Below are positions 63,996 through 64,000 of a stretch of DNA of 64,000 nucleotides, piece by piece; within the stretch, counting starts at the first letter, position 1; each line of letters starts with the position of its first letter. This DNA is from Lama glama. Taxonomy: Eukaryota. The position numbers were made by a program, and so were the translations under genes. Location of the stretch: NCBI GenBank assembly GCA_028534125.1, contig CM052817.1, positions 41,294,001-41,358,000 of the forward strand, written 5' to 3'. A model generated the notes under the pieces. The model was not told the DNA's origin. It ran no database searches and worked only from the letters and a program-made list of their open reading frames with translations.

Positions 63996-64000
63996 ACTTA

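Noticed and set aside
1..64000. Prokaryote-style systems (CRISPR, operons, defence islands) or an intact autonomous transposon or provirus
   Set aside because: The sequence is mammalian and repeat-rich, with no repeat-spacer array, no paired LTRs with gag/pol, and no intact L1 or transposase ORF.

Overview
Mammalian nuclear genomic DNA, most likely from a camelid (alpaca, vicuna or camel). This is inferred from five tRNA-Ala-derived Vic-1-type SINEs and artiodactyl-type L1 3' ends. I could not recognise any host protein-coding gene. The only ORFs with recognisable homology are broken L1 ORF2 fragments, so the window reads as intergenic or deep-intronic. It contains many interspersed repeats: L1 fragments, ERV1/ERVL/MaLR LTRs, Tigger/MER DNA transposons, MIR and L2. 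There is a 100-N assembly gap at 35984-36083, and several repeat-poor stretches carry candidate regulatory motifs (CTCF sites, CRE/HRE/POU clusters, a CpG-rich patch next to a Tigger1 element). I found no convincing novel biological system. The most notable items are retrotransposition structures visible directly in the sequence: an 89-bp orphan polyadenylated retrocopy nested in an L1, a twin-primed inverted L1, an internally deleted L1 bounded by one TSD pair, and a prematurely polyadenylated L1. Repeat family names come from my recall of consensus sequences and need RepeatMasker/Dfam confirmation. Boundaries of old repeats are approximate.
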